Notes: a model not told the origin generated them from the sequence alone. Positions 19,282 through 28,748 are shown, numbered from the stretch's first letter. The stretch: DNA of 64,000 nt from an uncultured Pseudomonadota bacterium (GCA_963749075.1 CAVVLJ010000016.1:1152001-1216000); one strand, 5' to 3'. Numbers and translations: made by a program.

Positions 19282-21425
19282 ATTGCCCAGATGCCGCGCC
19301 GCGCCGCCTTCGCCTGCTGCTCGGCAACGCGGTACTTCGAGGGTGCGCCGGGCCGCACGCGGGCGGCCCCATTGAGCACGGCGGCCTCGGCGAGGTCGAC
19401 TTTGCCCACGTGGCACTCGAAGGAGCGCCCCGGCCGCGCGAAGCAGCTCACGCGATTGCCCATCTGCTCGATGTAGTGCTGCATGGCGGTCGCGAGCTGT
19501 CCGGTCTCGCCGCGAATGCCGTAGAGGTTGACGACCTTTCCGGCCACCACCAGCGCCGCCGAGTTGAGCACGGCGCTGACCTCGCCCTCGATGTCCGGGG
19601 TCGCGCCCGAGACGGCAGGCGGTTGCGCGGTGTTGGGCGGCAGCGAGGCGACTTGCGGCGGATGCGTTTGCTCGCTCGACGGCAGTCCCGTCGCCGCGGG
19701 CGCTTGCGAGCCCGATGCCGCGGGCGATGGCGTGCCTGTGGCGGCGGGCTGGGAGCCGGCGGCCGGAGCGGCCGGTTGCGGCGCCAAGGACGTGTTCGTC
19801 GCGATCACCAACGAGTTGTCCGGCTTCGCAGGCGCCTGGATGGCGGCGGGCGGCTGCGCCGGCGGATTCGTGCTCGCGACGGGCGTCGTGGGCGCGGCTG
19901 GCGTCGCCGTCGGCGCAGCTGCGGATGCCGGCGACGGCGCCGCGGCCGGCGGCGATGCCGAGGCTACGGGAGTTGACGGGGGGGCGGCGGGCGGTGCTGT
20001 CGTGGCCGGCTGCGTCGGCGCCGTTGCCGGCGGCGAGGCCGAAGCCGCGGGGGCAGCTGGCGGCGCGGTTGCACTCGGCGATGATGTGGCGGCCGCAGGC
20101 GCCGGTGCCGCGGGCGGCGAAGCGGGCGGCGCCACGGCGCTTGCCGGCGGCGAGGCCGGGGCGCTCGGCAGCGGGGAGGCGGGCGCCTCCTTGGCGGCCG
20201 GCGCCGGCTCCGCCGCCGCGCTCCGAAGCGGATGAGCCGGCGCCGGCGGCTCTTGCGTTTCCTTGGCCGCGGAGGCGGTGGCCGCCGGCGGCGCCTGCTC
20301 GGCGACGACGGGCTTGGCCGTCGGTCCCGATGCCAGGACCACGTAGCCGAGCCCGGCGAGCAGCACCGCCGCGACGCCGCCGAGGACCATGGCCGGCATT
20401 CGCATGGCCGGCGGCAGCGCGCTCAGGAGGGGGAGGGTCGCTTTCTTCGCCCCTTGTCCCGGGCGGTCGGCGACCGCGCTCTGGGCGGCGGTGGCCTGCG
20501 CGGGCGCCTCGAGCGACAGCGAGCCGCCGGTGCTCATCAGCCGGGTGGCCGGCGGCGGCAAGGCACCCCAGCGCGCCACCACCGTCTCCTTGACGATGTC
20601 GGCGGCCTCGCCCTGGATCGCCGCGGCGCCGAGCGCGCGGCCGAACTCGTCGACGGAGGCGTAGCGCTCCTCGGGTTTCTTGGCCAGCGCCCGCATCATC
20701 ACGCTCTCGACGTTGGGATCGAGGTCGGGCACCTGGCCGGCGAGGGGCGGCGGTCGCTGCTCGACCTGGGCGCGGATGAGCTCGTATTCGCTGGTGGCAT
20801 TGAAGGCGCAATTGCCGGAGAGGAGCTCGTAGAGCACCATCGAGAGGCTGTAGAGGTCGCTGCGCGCGTCGCCCTCGGCACCCTGGAGCTGCTCCGGCGA
20901 CATGTAGGCGAGCGTGCCGATGAGGTCGCCCTGCCGCGTCATGCGCTGCGAGCCCTGGATGCGGGCGATGCCGAAATCCATGATCTTGAGCAGCCCGCTG
21001 TCGGTGACCATGAGATTGGCGGGCTTGATGTCGCGGTGGATGACGCCCATGCGGTGAGCGTAGGAGAGGCCGGCCACCGTCTGCGCCATGATGGCGAGGC
21101 ACTCGCGCACGCCGAGGCGGCCGGCCTTGCCGAGGATCGCCTCGAGCGTGTTGCCGCGCACCAGCTCCATCACCATGAAGAGCTCGTCGCCTTCCTTGTG
21201 CAGCGAAAAGAGCGTGGTGATGTTGGGGTGGTTGAGGCGGGCGAGGTTGGTGGCCTCGCCGCGGAAGCGCTCGAGGAAGCCGCGGTCGCGGCTGAACTCC
21301 GGGCGCAGCGCCTTGATCGCCACGGGCCGGCCGAGCAGCTGATCCACCCCGGCATAGACCTCGCCGATGCCGCCCTTGCCGAGCTGCTCGTGGATCTCGT
21401 AGGGGCCGATGACGCGAAAGCTCAT
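19278..21425 (-). CDS. membrane Hanks-type Ser/Thr kinase with Pro/Ala linker and C-terminal SNase-like domain
   Basis: LGKGGIGEVY, VAIK, HRDIKPAN, DFG, YMSPE; TM; long P/A stretch; C-terminus DLAEAAVLNGAA...YRVAEQQAKAARRGIW. Confidence 0.92.
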   Translation of the reverse strand: MSFRVIGPYEIHEQLGKGGIGEVYAGVDQLLGRPVAIKALRPEFSRDRGFLERFRGEATNLARLNHPNITTLFSLHKEGDELFMVMELVRGNTLEAILGKAGRLGVRECLAIMAQTVAGLSYAHRMGVIHRDIKPANLMVTDSGLLKIMDFGIARIQGSQRMTRQGDLIGTLAYMSPEQLQGAEGDARSDLYSLSMVLYELLSGNCAFNATSEYELIRAQVEQRPPPLAGQVPDLDPNVESVMMRALAKKPEERYASVDEFGRALGAAAIQGEAADIVKETVVARWGALPPPATRLMSTGGSLSLEAPAQATAAQSAVADRPGQGAKKATLPLLSALPPAMRMPAMVLGGVAAVLLAGLGYVVLASGPTAKPVVAEQAPPAATASAAKETQEPPAPAHPLRSAAAEPAPAAKEAPASPLPSAPASPPASAVAPPASPPAAPAPAAATSSPSATAPPAAPAASASPPATAPTQPATTAPPAAPPSTPVASASPPAAAPSPASAAAPTATPAAPTTPVASTNPPAQPPAAIQAPAKPDNSLVIATNTSLAPQPAAPAAGSQPAATGTPSPAASGSQAPAATGLPSSEQTHPPQVASLPPNTAQPPAVSGATPDIEGEVSAVLNSAALVVAGKVVNLYGIRGETGQLATAMQHYIEQMGNRVSCFARPGRSFECHVGKVDLAEAAVLNGAARVRPGAPSKYRVAEQQAKAARRGIWAM

Positions 21426-22330
21426 GAGGGACCTCCGGCCGGAGGTGCAGCGCTCAGGGAGCGCGTGATGCCGGCCGGCGACGCCGGCGGCGGCAAGTCG
21501 CTCAAGGCGAAGACGCCGACCGAGACGTTGTCGTGGCCGCCGGCCGCGAGTGCCGCGGCGATCAGCGCTTCGCAGGCGCCTGCGGGCGGCAGGTGCGCTA
21601 TGGTCTCGCCGATCGCGGCGCTCTCCACCAAGTCGCTGAGGCCGTCCGAGCATAGCACGAAGATGTCGCCCGGAGAGAGCGGCATGCCGTCGCGCCAGAT
21701 CGCCGGATCGGCATGCGGCGCCGTGCCGAGCGCCTTGAGGATGACGTTGCGGTCGGCGCGGCTGCGGGCCTCCTCGGCGCTGATGGCTCCCATGCGCACG
21801 AGCTCGCCGACGAGGGAATCGTCGTGGCTGATCTGGCGGAGCTCGCTGCCGCGCAGCAGATAGGCGCGGCTGTCCCCGATGTGTCCGAGGAATGCCCGAT
21901 CGCCGAGCAGGGCGAGCGCCGTGCAGGTCGTCCCCATGCCGGCGCACACCGGATCGCTGCGGCTCTTCTCGAAGATCGCGCGGTTCGCGGCGGTGAAGCC
22001 CGCTGCGAGCGCCTTCTGCGGACTGCCGGCGTCGGCGAAATAGACGCGCATCAGCGTCTCGGCGGCAAGCAGGCTCGCCACCTCGCCCGCGGCGTGTCCG
22101 CCCATGCCGTCGGCGACCACCGCGAGGAGCCCGCGGCCGGTGGCGATGTCGCCCTCGCGCGGGATGACGTAGGCCACGCTGTCCTCGTTGTTGCTGCGCA
22201 CGCGGCCGGGATCGCTGCGCATGGCACCGCTGACGAAGAGCCCAGTGCCCGCAGGCCTTTCCGCCGTCACCATCGCCATGGGTCGTGCGCTCGCTCCGCC
22301 ATCCGCCGCAGCCTCGCTCGCCCGGCTCAC
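21422..22330 (-). CDS. PP2C-family (Stp1/PrpC-like) Ser/Thr phosphatase
   Basis: GRVRSNNEDS, VADGMGGH, MGTT, HIGDSRAY, CSDGL, GGHDNVS. Confidence 0.95.
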   Translation of the reverse strand: MSRASEAAADGGASARPMAMVTAERPAGTGLFVSGAMRSDPGRVRSNNEDSVAYVIPREGDIATGRGLLAVVADGMGGHAAGEVASLLAAETLMRVYFADAGSPQKALAAGFTAANRAIFEKSRSDPVCAGMGTTCTALALLGDRAFLGHIGDSRAYLLRGSELRQISHDDSLVGELVRMGAISAEEARSRADRNVILKALGTAPHADPAIWRDGMPLSPGDIFVLCSDGLSDLVESAAIGETIAHLPPAGACEALIAAALAAGGHDNVSVGVFALSDLPPPASPAGITRSLSAAPPAGGPS

Positions 22331-24072
22331 TGCACCTTTTGCAATTGCATGATGTCGCGGCCGTACTTGATCGGCACGGCGAAGGTCACGCGCTCGCTGC
22401 CGCGCGTGCGCGAATAGGTGAAGAGTCCGATGACCTTGCCGGCCGAATCGAAGACGGGTCCGCCGCTGTTGCCGGCGCCGGTTGCCAGCACGGTGAGCTG
22501 GTACACGTCGCCCGTCTGGCTGAGCGTCGTGACGTTGCCTTGCCGCTGCACCCCGGAGCCGAATTTGGCGATGATGCCGTCCGTCACGGTGGGCTCGGGC
22601 AGGAGCTCCTGGCGCTCCTGCGTCTGGGTGTTCTCCCGCGATTGGACCACCGCGAACTTCTTCTCGGAGATGCCTGGATAGCCGAGCACGGTGATCGGCT
22701 CGCCCAGCGTCACCTTGTCGTTGGGGTCGATCAGCTCCGTCGATGTCAGTTTCTGCGGCACGTCGATGCGGATCAAGGCCACGTCCGCGTCGGTCGAGGC
22801 GCGGATGAGCCGTGCCGCAAAGCTCAGGCGGTTGTCGGGGAAGCGGACCTCGAGCGTGTCGTTGCGGCCCTCGAAGATTTCGTCTCCCGTGAGGATCGGT
22901 CGCGGCTCGGCGCCGTCGAACATCGTGCCGCCCTCATCCGGGATCCAGTCGACGAGGCTCGCAATGGCGCTCGGGTCGATGGCCCCTCTGCCGGAGAGCG
23001 TCAGCTTGCCCTGGGGATCGCGCGTCAGCAGGTAGAGCATGCCGGCCTTGCCTTCCTCGTAGGGCGCGTCATAGCTCACCATCCAGCCCGCGGCGACATG
23101 CTTGTTGGTCAGGATGAAGCCGTCGGGGCCGACCACGAAGCCGCTGCCCGAGCCCTCGCCGCCGATGAGGTAGTTGGCATGGTTGTTGTCGTCGGTGGTG
23201 AGCCAGCGCACGACTTTGCCATTGGGCAATTTCACATAGCCGAGGTAGCCCTTGCCGCCTTCCGTCACGACCTTGTGGTAGACCGGCTTCCCGGTATCCT
23301 TGTCGAAGAGCCGCCAGCCCAGGCGGACATAGACCGTGGCGTCGCCGTACTTGGCGGCAATCTCCTTGGGGCTCATGCCCAGGCGCTTGTTGAGCTCCGC
23401 CGCTTGCCCCTTGGCCTCCTCGGCCTGCTGGCGCTTGAGCTCCGCCTCCGACTGGACGCTGTGATAGTAGAGGGCGCCGCCGACGATGCCGACGAGGACG
23501 AGGATGCCGGCAAGGGTGTAAATCCATATGCGGCTGGTCGCCTGGCGCTCGGCCGAGAGCATGCGCTGCACGGTCTCGCGTCCCACGGCCTGGCGCGGCG
23601 GCGAGGCGGGCGGCTGGGCGGCGGCCGGCTCGCCCGCCGAGATCACCCGCGTGGCCTCGGGTGCCGCCGAGACGACGCGCGTCGCCTCCGCGGCGCCCGT
23701 GCGGATGACGCGCGTGCGCGCCATCAGATGGGAGGGCCGCGGCTCCACGTCGAACGTCATCTTGGGACCGCCGGCGCCGAGCTCGATGGTATCGCCGGGC
23801 AACAGCTCGCTTTCGCCGCTGATCTTGCTGCCGTTGACCAGCGTGCCGTTGCTGCTCTGCAAATCGGCGATCTTGAAGCTGAGCTCCGGCGTCTTGACGA
23901 TGCGGATGGCGGCATGGCGGCGGCTCACCAGATCGTCCCGCTGCGAGTCGAAGGTGACCGCCACGTTGGGATCTCGGCCTAACGTGAGCTCCTCGAAGCT
24001 GTCGAGCGGGAACTGCTCGATCTGGTTGGCCTTGGAACCGCTGAGATGATGGATGACGATGCGACCGGGCAT
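22327..24072 (-). CDS. FHA domain - TM - trypsin-like serine protease
   Basis: FHA motifs LGRD, VSRRH, SSNGT; TM IWIYTLAGILVLVGIVGGALYY; GSGFVV..ILTNKHV, DVALI, GNSGGP. Confidence 0.92.
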   Translation of the reverse strand: MPGRIVIHHLSGSKANQIEQFPLDSFEELTLGRDPNVAVTFDSQRDDLVSRRHAAIRIVKTPELSFKIADLQSSNGTLVNGSKISGESELLPGDTIELGAGGPKMTFDVEPRPSHLMARTRVIRTGAAEATRVVSAAPEATRVISAGEPAAAQPPASPPRQAVGRETVQRMLSAERQATSRIWIYTLAGILVLVGIVGGALYYHSVQSEAELKRQQAEEAKGQAAELNKRLGMSPKEIAAKYGDATVYVRLGWRLFDKDTGKPVYHKVVTEGGKGYLGYVKLPNGKVVRWLTTDDNNHANYLIGGEGSGSGFVVGPDGFILTNKHVAAGWMVSYDAPYEEGKAGMLYLLTRDPQGKLTLSGRGAIDPSAIASLVDWIPDEGGTMFDGAEPRPILTGDEIFEGRNDTLEVRFPDNRLSFAARLIRASTDADVALIRIDVPQKLTSTELIDPNDKVTLGEPITVLGYPGISEKKFAVVQSRENTQTQERQELLPEPTVTDGIIAKFGSGVQRQGNVTTLSQTGDVYQLTVLATGAGNSGGPVFDSAGKVIGLFTYSRTRGSERVTFAVPIKYGRDIMQLQKVQ

Positions 24073-24327
24073 TAAGCCCCCCTCCCGCGATTAGACGCCG
24101 ACGCGCAAAGAACGTGCGGCGTAATATGCCATAGAATGAGGCGCGTGTGCACCGCTTGCTGGCAGGTCCACGGCCCGGGCGCGGCCCGTGCGATTACTAG
24201 CCGCCCCGGGTGCCGGCGCCCTGTGACGCCCGTCACAGGGGGCGGCCGATGGCCTGGGCAGCCGGCTTGACTTGAGCGGGCGATCGCGGGGCTAATCGCC
24301 GGCGACGAACGCGGGGTTGGGTGCCGC

Positions 24328-24939
24328 ATGGAGATTTCCCTCGATCACGCCGCCATCCTCGAGCTCGCTGCCGTCGTCGTGATCGACGTCGTCCTCTCGG
24401 GCGACAACGCCGTGATCCTCGGCCTGGCAACCATGGGCTTGCCCGAAGCCAGGCGCGGACGCGCGCTTACGGCCGGCGTGGCGCTCGCAGCACTCCTCCG
24501 CGTGGCATTGGCGCTCGTCGCCGTGCCGCTTCTCGCCGTCATCGGCCTCACGCTCGCCGGCGGCATCCTTCTGCTTGGCGTGGCCTGGAAGATCTGGCGC
24601 GAGGTGCGCGAGGCATCCCGCCGGGCGGGCGGCGGGCAGCACCAGGCGGCGCGCGGTGCCGCCAAGAGCGACACCGCCGCTATCCTGCAGATAGCACTCG
24701 CCGACCTCGCCATGTCGCTCGACAACGTGCTCGCCGTGGCCGGGGCCGCGCACCGCCACCCCTGGGTCATGGTCAGCGGCCTGGCACTCTCGGTGGCGCT
24801 CATGGCCTTCGCGGCACGGCTCGTCGCGCGCTTCCTCGAGCGCTATCCCTGGCTCGTCTATCTCGGCCTCGCCGTCATCACGGCGGTGGCCCTCAAGATG
24901 ATCTGGGAGGGCAGTGCCGACGTGCTGCGCGCGATTTAG
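24328..24939 (+). CDS. TerC/YjbE family membrane protein
   Basis: IDVVLSGDNAVI, ADLAMSLDNVLAVAGAA. Confidence 0.92.
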   Translation: MEISLDHAAILELAAVVVIDVVLSGDNAVILGLATMGLPEARRGRALTAGVALAALLRVALALVAVPLLAVIGLTLAGGILLLGVAWKIWREVREASRRAGGGQHQAARGAAKSDTAAILQIALADLAMSLDNVLAVAGAAHRHPWVMVSGLALSVALMAFAARLVARFLERYPWLVYLGLAVITAVALKMIWEGSADVLRAI

Positions 24940-24972
24940 CGGCGGCCCCGGTTGTGTGCTAGCCTGCCAGGC

Positions 24973-25812
24973 ATGCTCATGCGACACGACGCGGCCGAGG
25001 TCGCCGCCATCATGCGCGAGGTGGCGGCCGAGGAGATACTCCCGCGCTTCGGCAAGCTCGCCAAGGCCGATATCCTGCCCAAGGGCGGACGCGGCGATTT
25101 CGCGACGACGGCCGATCTCGAGGCCGAGCGCGCGCTGGCGCGGCGGCTCGCAGCACTCCTGCCGGGCTCGCTCGTGGTGGGCGAGGAGGCCGCGGCGAAA
25201 GACCCAGCACTTCTGCAGGCGATCGCCGGCGAGGCCCCGGTGTGGATCGTCGATCCGCTCGACGGCACGCACAATTTCGCGCAAGGGATCGCGCATTTCA
25301 CCGTGATCGTGGCGCTGGCGCGCGCGGGCGCGACGGTCGCCGGATGGATTCACGATCCGCTCGCGGACCGCACGGCCGCGGCGGAGGAGGGGGCCGGCGC
25401 CTGGGAAGCGGGGCGCCGCCTCGCGGTCGCTCCTCCGGCACCGCTCGCCGAGATGCGCGGCGCCATTTACGGCAAGGCGGGGCGGCCCGGCATCTCCCCG
25501 CGGCTCGACGAGGTGCGGCAGCGCTTCGCGGGCACGACGAACAGCCGCTGCGCCGGGCACGAGCACTTGGCGCTCGCCCGCGCGGAAAGCCATTTCGCGC
25601 TCTTCAGCCGGCTTCTCCCATGGGATCACGCGGCGGGCGCCCTCATCCATGCCGAGGCGGGCGGCTACAACGCCTGCTGGGACGGCACGCCCTACCGGCC
25701 GACGCGCCACACGGGCGGCTTGCTCCTTGCCCCGGATGCCGCGAGCTGGACGGCACTTGCCGAGCTTCTCCTGGTGCGCGAGCCGGCGGCCGCGGCGCCG
25801 GGGGCTCAATAG
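24973..25812 (+). CDS. inositol monophosphatase family protein
   Basis: VGEE, WIVDPLDGTHNF, PWDHAAG. Confidence 0.92.
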   Translation: MLMRHDAAEVAAIMREVAAEEILPRFGKLAKADILPKGGRGDFATTADLEAERALARRLAALLPGSLVVGEEAAAKDPALLQAIAGEAPVWIVDPLDGTHNFAQGIAHFTVIVALARAGATVAGWIHDPLADRTAAAEEGAGAWEAGRRLAVAPPAPLAEMRGAIYGKAGRPGISPRLDEVRQRFAGTTNSRCAGHEHLALARAESHFALFSRLLPWDHAAGALIHAEAGGYNACWDGTPYRPTRHTGGLLLAPDAASWTALAELLLVREPAAAAPGAQ

Positions 25813-25881
25813 CCCATCTCGCTCAGCAACGCCTCCGGGCTCTGAAGGGGCACACAGATCGAGAGGGCTTGCAGTGCCGTC

Positions 25882-25997
25882 GTGGGTCCTTCGAGACGGG
25901 CCTTCGGCCCTCCTCAGGATGAGGTGAATTCGCGTGTGGCAGAAAGACTTCACCTCGTCCTGAGGAGCGAGCGCAGCGAGCGTCTCGAAGGACCCAC
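25882..25997. repeat. alphaproteobacterial REP/MITE-like palindromic element
   Basis: GTGGGTCCTTCGAGACG...CTCCTCAGGATGAGG pairs with CCTCGTCCTGAGGAG...CGTCTCGAAGGACCCAC, between convergent genes. Confidence 0.8.
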
Positions 25998-26068
25998 CGC
26001 GGCCGGTCCGGGACAGCTGCGCGCAGGGCGACATTACGATCGGCAAGTATATTCATAAGATCAACCGC

Positions 26069-26935
26069 TTATTGACCTGTCTTGCTGCGCTCCTCGAGCT
26101 TCGCCAGGTCCCACAGCGCGTCCATCTCGGCGAGCGAGGCGTCGGCGGTCGCCTTGCCGCGCTCGGCCAAGAGGGATTCCACCCGGCGGAAGCGGCGCTC
26201 GAACTTGGCGTTGGCCCGGCGCAGCGCCGCCTCGGGGTCGAGGGCGAGCCGGCGCGCCAGATTGACGAGGCTGAAGAGCACGTCGCCGAGCTCGTCCTCG
26301 AGCCGCGCGGGCGGGGCCGCGGCGGCAAGCTCGGCGTTGAGCTCGCGCATCTCTTCCGCGACCTTGTCGAGGATGGGTGCGAGCTCGCCCCAATCGAAGC
26401 CGACGCGCGCCGCGCGGCGCTGCAGCTTGAGCGCGCGCGTAAGCGCGGGGAGGGCGAGGGCGACGCCGTCGAGGGCGCTCGCCGCCCGCTCGCCGGCCGC
26501 TCTCGCCTTGGCCGCCCGCTCGGCCGCCTTGTGGCCCTCCCAGGCCAGGCGCTGGCTCTCGCCGTCCTTGATGTCCTCCTCGCCGAAGACGTGAGGATGT
26601 CGCCGTATCATCTTGTCGGCGATGGCTCCGGCAATGGCGTCGAAATCGAAGGTGCCGGCCTCCTCGGCAATGCGTGCGTGGAAGACGACCTGGAGGAGGA
26701 GGTCGCCGAGCTCGTCGCGCAAGCCCTCGAGGTCCTGGCGCTCGATGGCGTCCGCGACCTCGTAGGCCTCCTCGATCGTGTAGGGGGCGATGGTCGCGAA
26801 GCTCTGCGCCGCGTCCCACGGACAGCCGCGCTCCGGATGGCGGAGACGCGCCATGATCTCGATGAGGCGGTCGATGTTGCGCCGGTCGATGTTGCGCCGG
26901 TCGATGTTGCGCCGGTCGATGTTGCTCTGGGACAT
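26069..26935 (-). CDS. mazG: nucleoside triphosphate pyrophosphohydrolase MazG
   Basis: LR.PERGCPWD, IEEAYEV, ELGDLLLQVVFHA, RRHPHVF, KFERRF. Confidence 0.96.
   Translation of the reverse strand: MSQSNIDRRNIDRRNIDRRNIDRLIEIMARLRHPERGCPWDAAQSFATIAPYTIEEAYEVADAIERQDLEGLRDELGDLLLQVVFHARIAEEAGTFDFDAIAGAIADKMIRRHPHVFGEEDIKDGESQRLAWEGHKAAERAAKARAAGERAASALDGVALALPALTRALKLQRRAARVGFDWGELAPILDKVAEEMRELNAELAAAAPPARLEDELGDVLFSLVNLARRLALDPEAALRRANAKFERRFRRVESLLAERGKATADASLAEMDALWDLAKLEERSKTGQ
26868..26925. repeat. 15-bp in-frame tandem repeat (about 3.9 copies) at the mazG 5' end
   Basis: CGGTCGATGTTGCGC x3 plus a 13-bp partial copy, encoding NIDRR repeats. Confidence 0.95.
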
Positions 26936-27032
26936 GGTCAAGGGCTGCTGCCGGAGGGGGAGGGGCATGGTTGCGCCGCGCGACACTCATAGCGCAGGAT
27001 CGGCCGCCGGGAAAGCAAGGAGGGTGGCCAAG

Positions 27033-27836
27033 ATGAGCGAGCCCGTCGTCCTTTGCGCGCGCGACGCGCGCGGTGTCGCTACCGTGACGCTCAACCGTCC
27101 GGCCGTGAACAACGCCTATGACCGCGCCATGATCGCAAGCCTCGCGGAGGCGCTCGCCGGCCTCGCCGCCGATCCCGCGGTGAGGCTCGTGGTGCTGCGC
27201 GGCGCCGGCCGTCACTTCCAGGCGGGCGCCGACCTCGGCTTCCTCCAGGAGGCGGCCGCCATGCCGCCCGAGGAGAACCTCGAGGTGTCGCGTCTCACGG
27301 TCGCCGCCGTGGGCGCCCTCTACCGCCATGCCAAGCCGACCCTGGCGCTCGTCCACGGCGGCTGCTTCGGGGGCGGCGCCGGCATGGTGGCCGCCTGCGA
27401 CATGGCGATCGCCACCGAGGATGCCACCTTCTCGATCACCGAGGTGCGCTGGGGTGTGACGCCGGCGCCGATCCTGCCGATGCTGGTGGCGAAGATCGGG
27501 CTCGGCGGTGTGGCGCGCTACGCGCTCACGGCGGAGCGCTTCTCCGCCGCGGAGGCGCTGCGGCTCGGCCTCGTGCAGCAGCTTTGCCCGCCGGGCAGCC
27601 TCGACGTGGCGGCGGCACCGCTCATCGACAGTCTTCTCATGGCGGCACCCGGGGCGGTCGCCGTCACCAAGCGCATCGCCCACGAGATCGCGGCAGGGGC
27701 GCTCGCGGGCGCGGACGCTGCCGAGAGGCTCGCGGCAGAGGCCGCGGCGCGGCGCCGCTCGCCCGAGGCCGCCGAGGGCCTCGCCAGCTTCTTCGCCAAG
27801 CGCAAGCCGAGCTGGTATCCGGGCGGCAAGCCTTAG
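27033..27836 (+). CDS. enoyl-CoA hydratase / methylglutaconyl-CoA hydratase-like
   Basis: LNRP..NNA, FQAGADL, VHGGCFGGG, TEVRWG, EAAEGLASF..KRKP. Confidence 0.9.
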   Translation: MSEPVVLCARDARGVATVTLNRPAVNNAYDRAMIASLAEALAGLAADPAVRLVVLRGAGRHFQAGADLGFLQEAAAMPPEENLEVSRLTVAAVGALYRHAKPTLALVHGGCFGGGAGMVAACDMAIATEDATFSITEVRWGVTPAPILPMLVAKIGLGGVARYALTAERFSAAEALRLGLVQQLCPPGSLDVAAAPLIDSLLMAAPGAVAVTKRIAHEIAAGALAGADAAERLAAEAAARRRSPEAAEGLASFFAKRKPSWYPGGKP

Positions 27837-27863
27837 CCCCTGCGCGGCGCGCGGCGGAGGCGT

Positions 27864-28658
27864 TCAGACGATCGAGCGGACCACGCCGCCGTCGACGCGG
27901 AGGGCAGCGCCGTTGGTCGCCGAGGCCTGCTCGGAGGCGACATAGACCACCATGTTGGCGACCTCCTCGACCGAGGCGAAGCGCTTCAAGAGCGAGCTCG
28001 GCCGCATCTCCGCGAAGAAGCCGCGCTCGACCTCCGCCTCGGAGAGGCCGCGCTCCTTGGCGAGGCCGCGCACGAACTCGGCGACGCCCTCCGAGCGGGT
28101 GGGCCCGGGCAGGACGGCATTGACCGTGACGACGGTGCCGGCCGTGAGCTCGGCCAGGCCGCGCGAGACGGCGAGCTCGGCCGTCTTGGTCATGCCGTAA
28201 TGGATCATCTCGGCCGGGATATTGAGCGCCGATTCGCTCGAGATGAAGACGATGCGGCCCCAGTTCGCGGCGAGCATGCGCGGGAAGTAATGGCGCGCGA
28301 GGCGGACGCCGCTCATGACGTTGACCTCGAAGAAGCGCAGCCAGTCCTCGTCGGTGATGTCGGCGAATTTCTTGGGCTCGAAGATGCCGAGATTGTTGAC
28401 GAGGATGTCGGCCTCGCCGGCGGCCGCAACGAAACGCTCGACCCCGGGAGCGCTCCCGAGATCCCCGGCCGCGCCGAGGAGCTTGGCACCGGGGACGAGG
28501 GCCCCAAGACGCGCCACGGCCTTGCCCGTCGAGCCTTCGCTGCGCCCGTTCAGCACAACCGCGGCGCCCGCGCGCGCGAGGCCCGCGGCAATGGCGAAGC
28601 CGATGCCGGCCGACGAGCCGCTGACCACGGCCCGGTGCTTGCTCAGGTCGATCCTCAT
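27864..28658 (-). CDS. short-chain dehydrogenase/reductase
   Basis: SGSSAGIG, ILVNNLG, YGMTK, VDGG. Confidence 0.93.
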   Translation of the reverse strand: MRIDLSKHRAVVSGSSAGIGFAIAAGLARAGAAVVLNGRSEGSTGKAVARLGALVPGAKLLGAAGDLGSAPGVERFVAAAGEADILVNNLGIFEPKKFADITDEDWLRFFEVNVMSGVRLARHYFPRMLAANWGRIVFISSESALNIPAEMIHYGMTKTAELAVSRGLAELTAGTVVTVNAVLPGPTRSEGVAEFVRGLAKERGLSEAEVERGFFAEMRPSSLLKRFASVEEVANMVVYVASEQASATNGAALRVDGGVVRSIV

Positions 28659-28748
28659 GAGTGCCTCGCGGATGCCCGGTCGTAGATGAGCGGGGGAAGG
28701 TGCCGGCGCTTAGCTAATGCCGCGGCGGCCCATGTCCAGCTGGCCCTT

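Noticed and set aside
19600-20340. Low-complexity GC-rich tract as a mobile repeat
   Set aside because: It is the Pro/Ala-rich linker of the kinase.
18541-21102. 853-aa ORF suggesting a giant protease
   Set aside because: Only the last 246 aa are protease-like; the rest overlaps the kinase gene out of frame.
21422-24072. T6SS regulatory module (PpkA/PppA/Fha)
   Set aside because: No tss/vgrG/hcp genes nearby, and the FHA is fused to a TM and protease, unlike TagH.
26868-26925. Short repeats as a possible CRISPR array
   Set aside because: Tandem 15-mers without spacers inside a CDS; no cas genes in the window.
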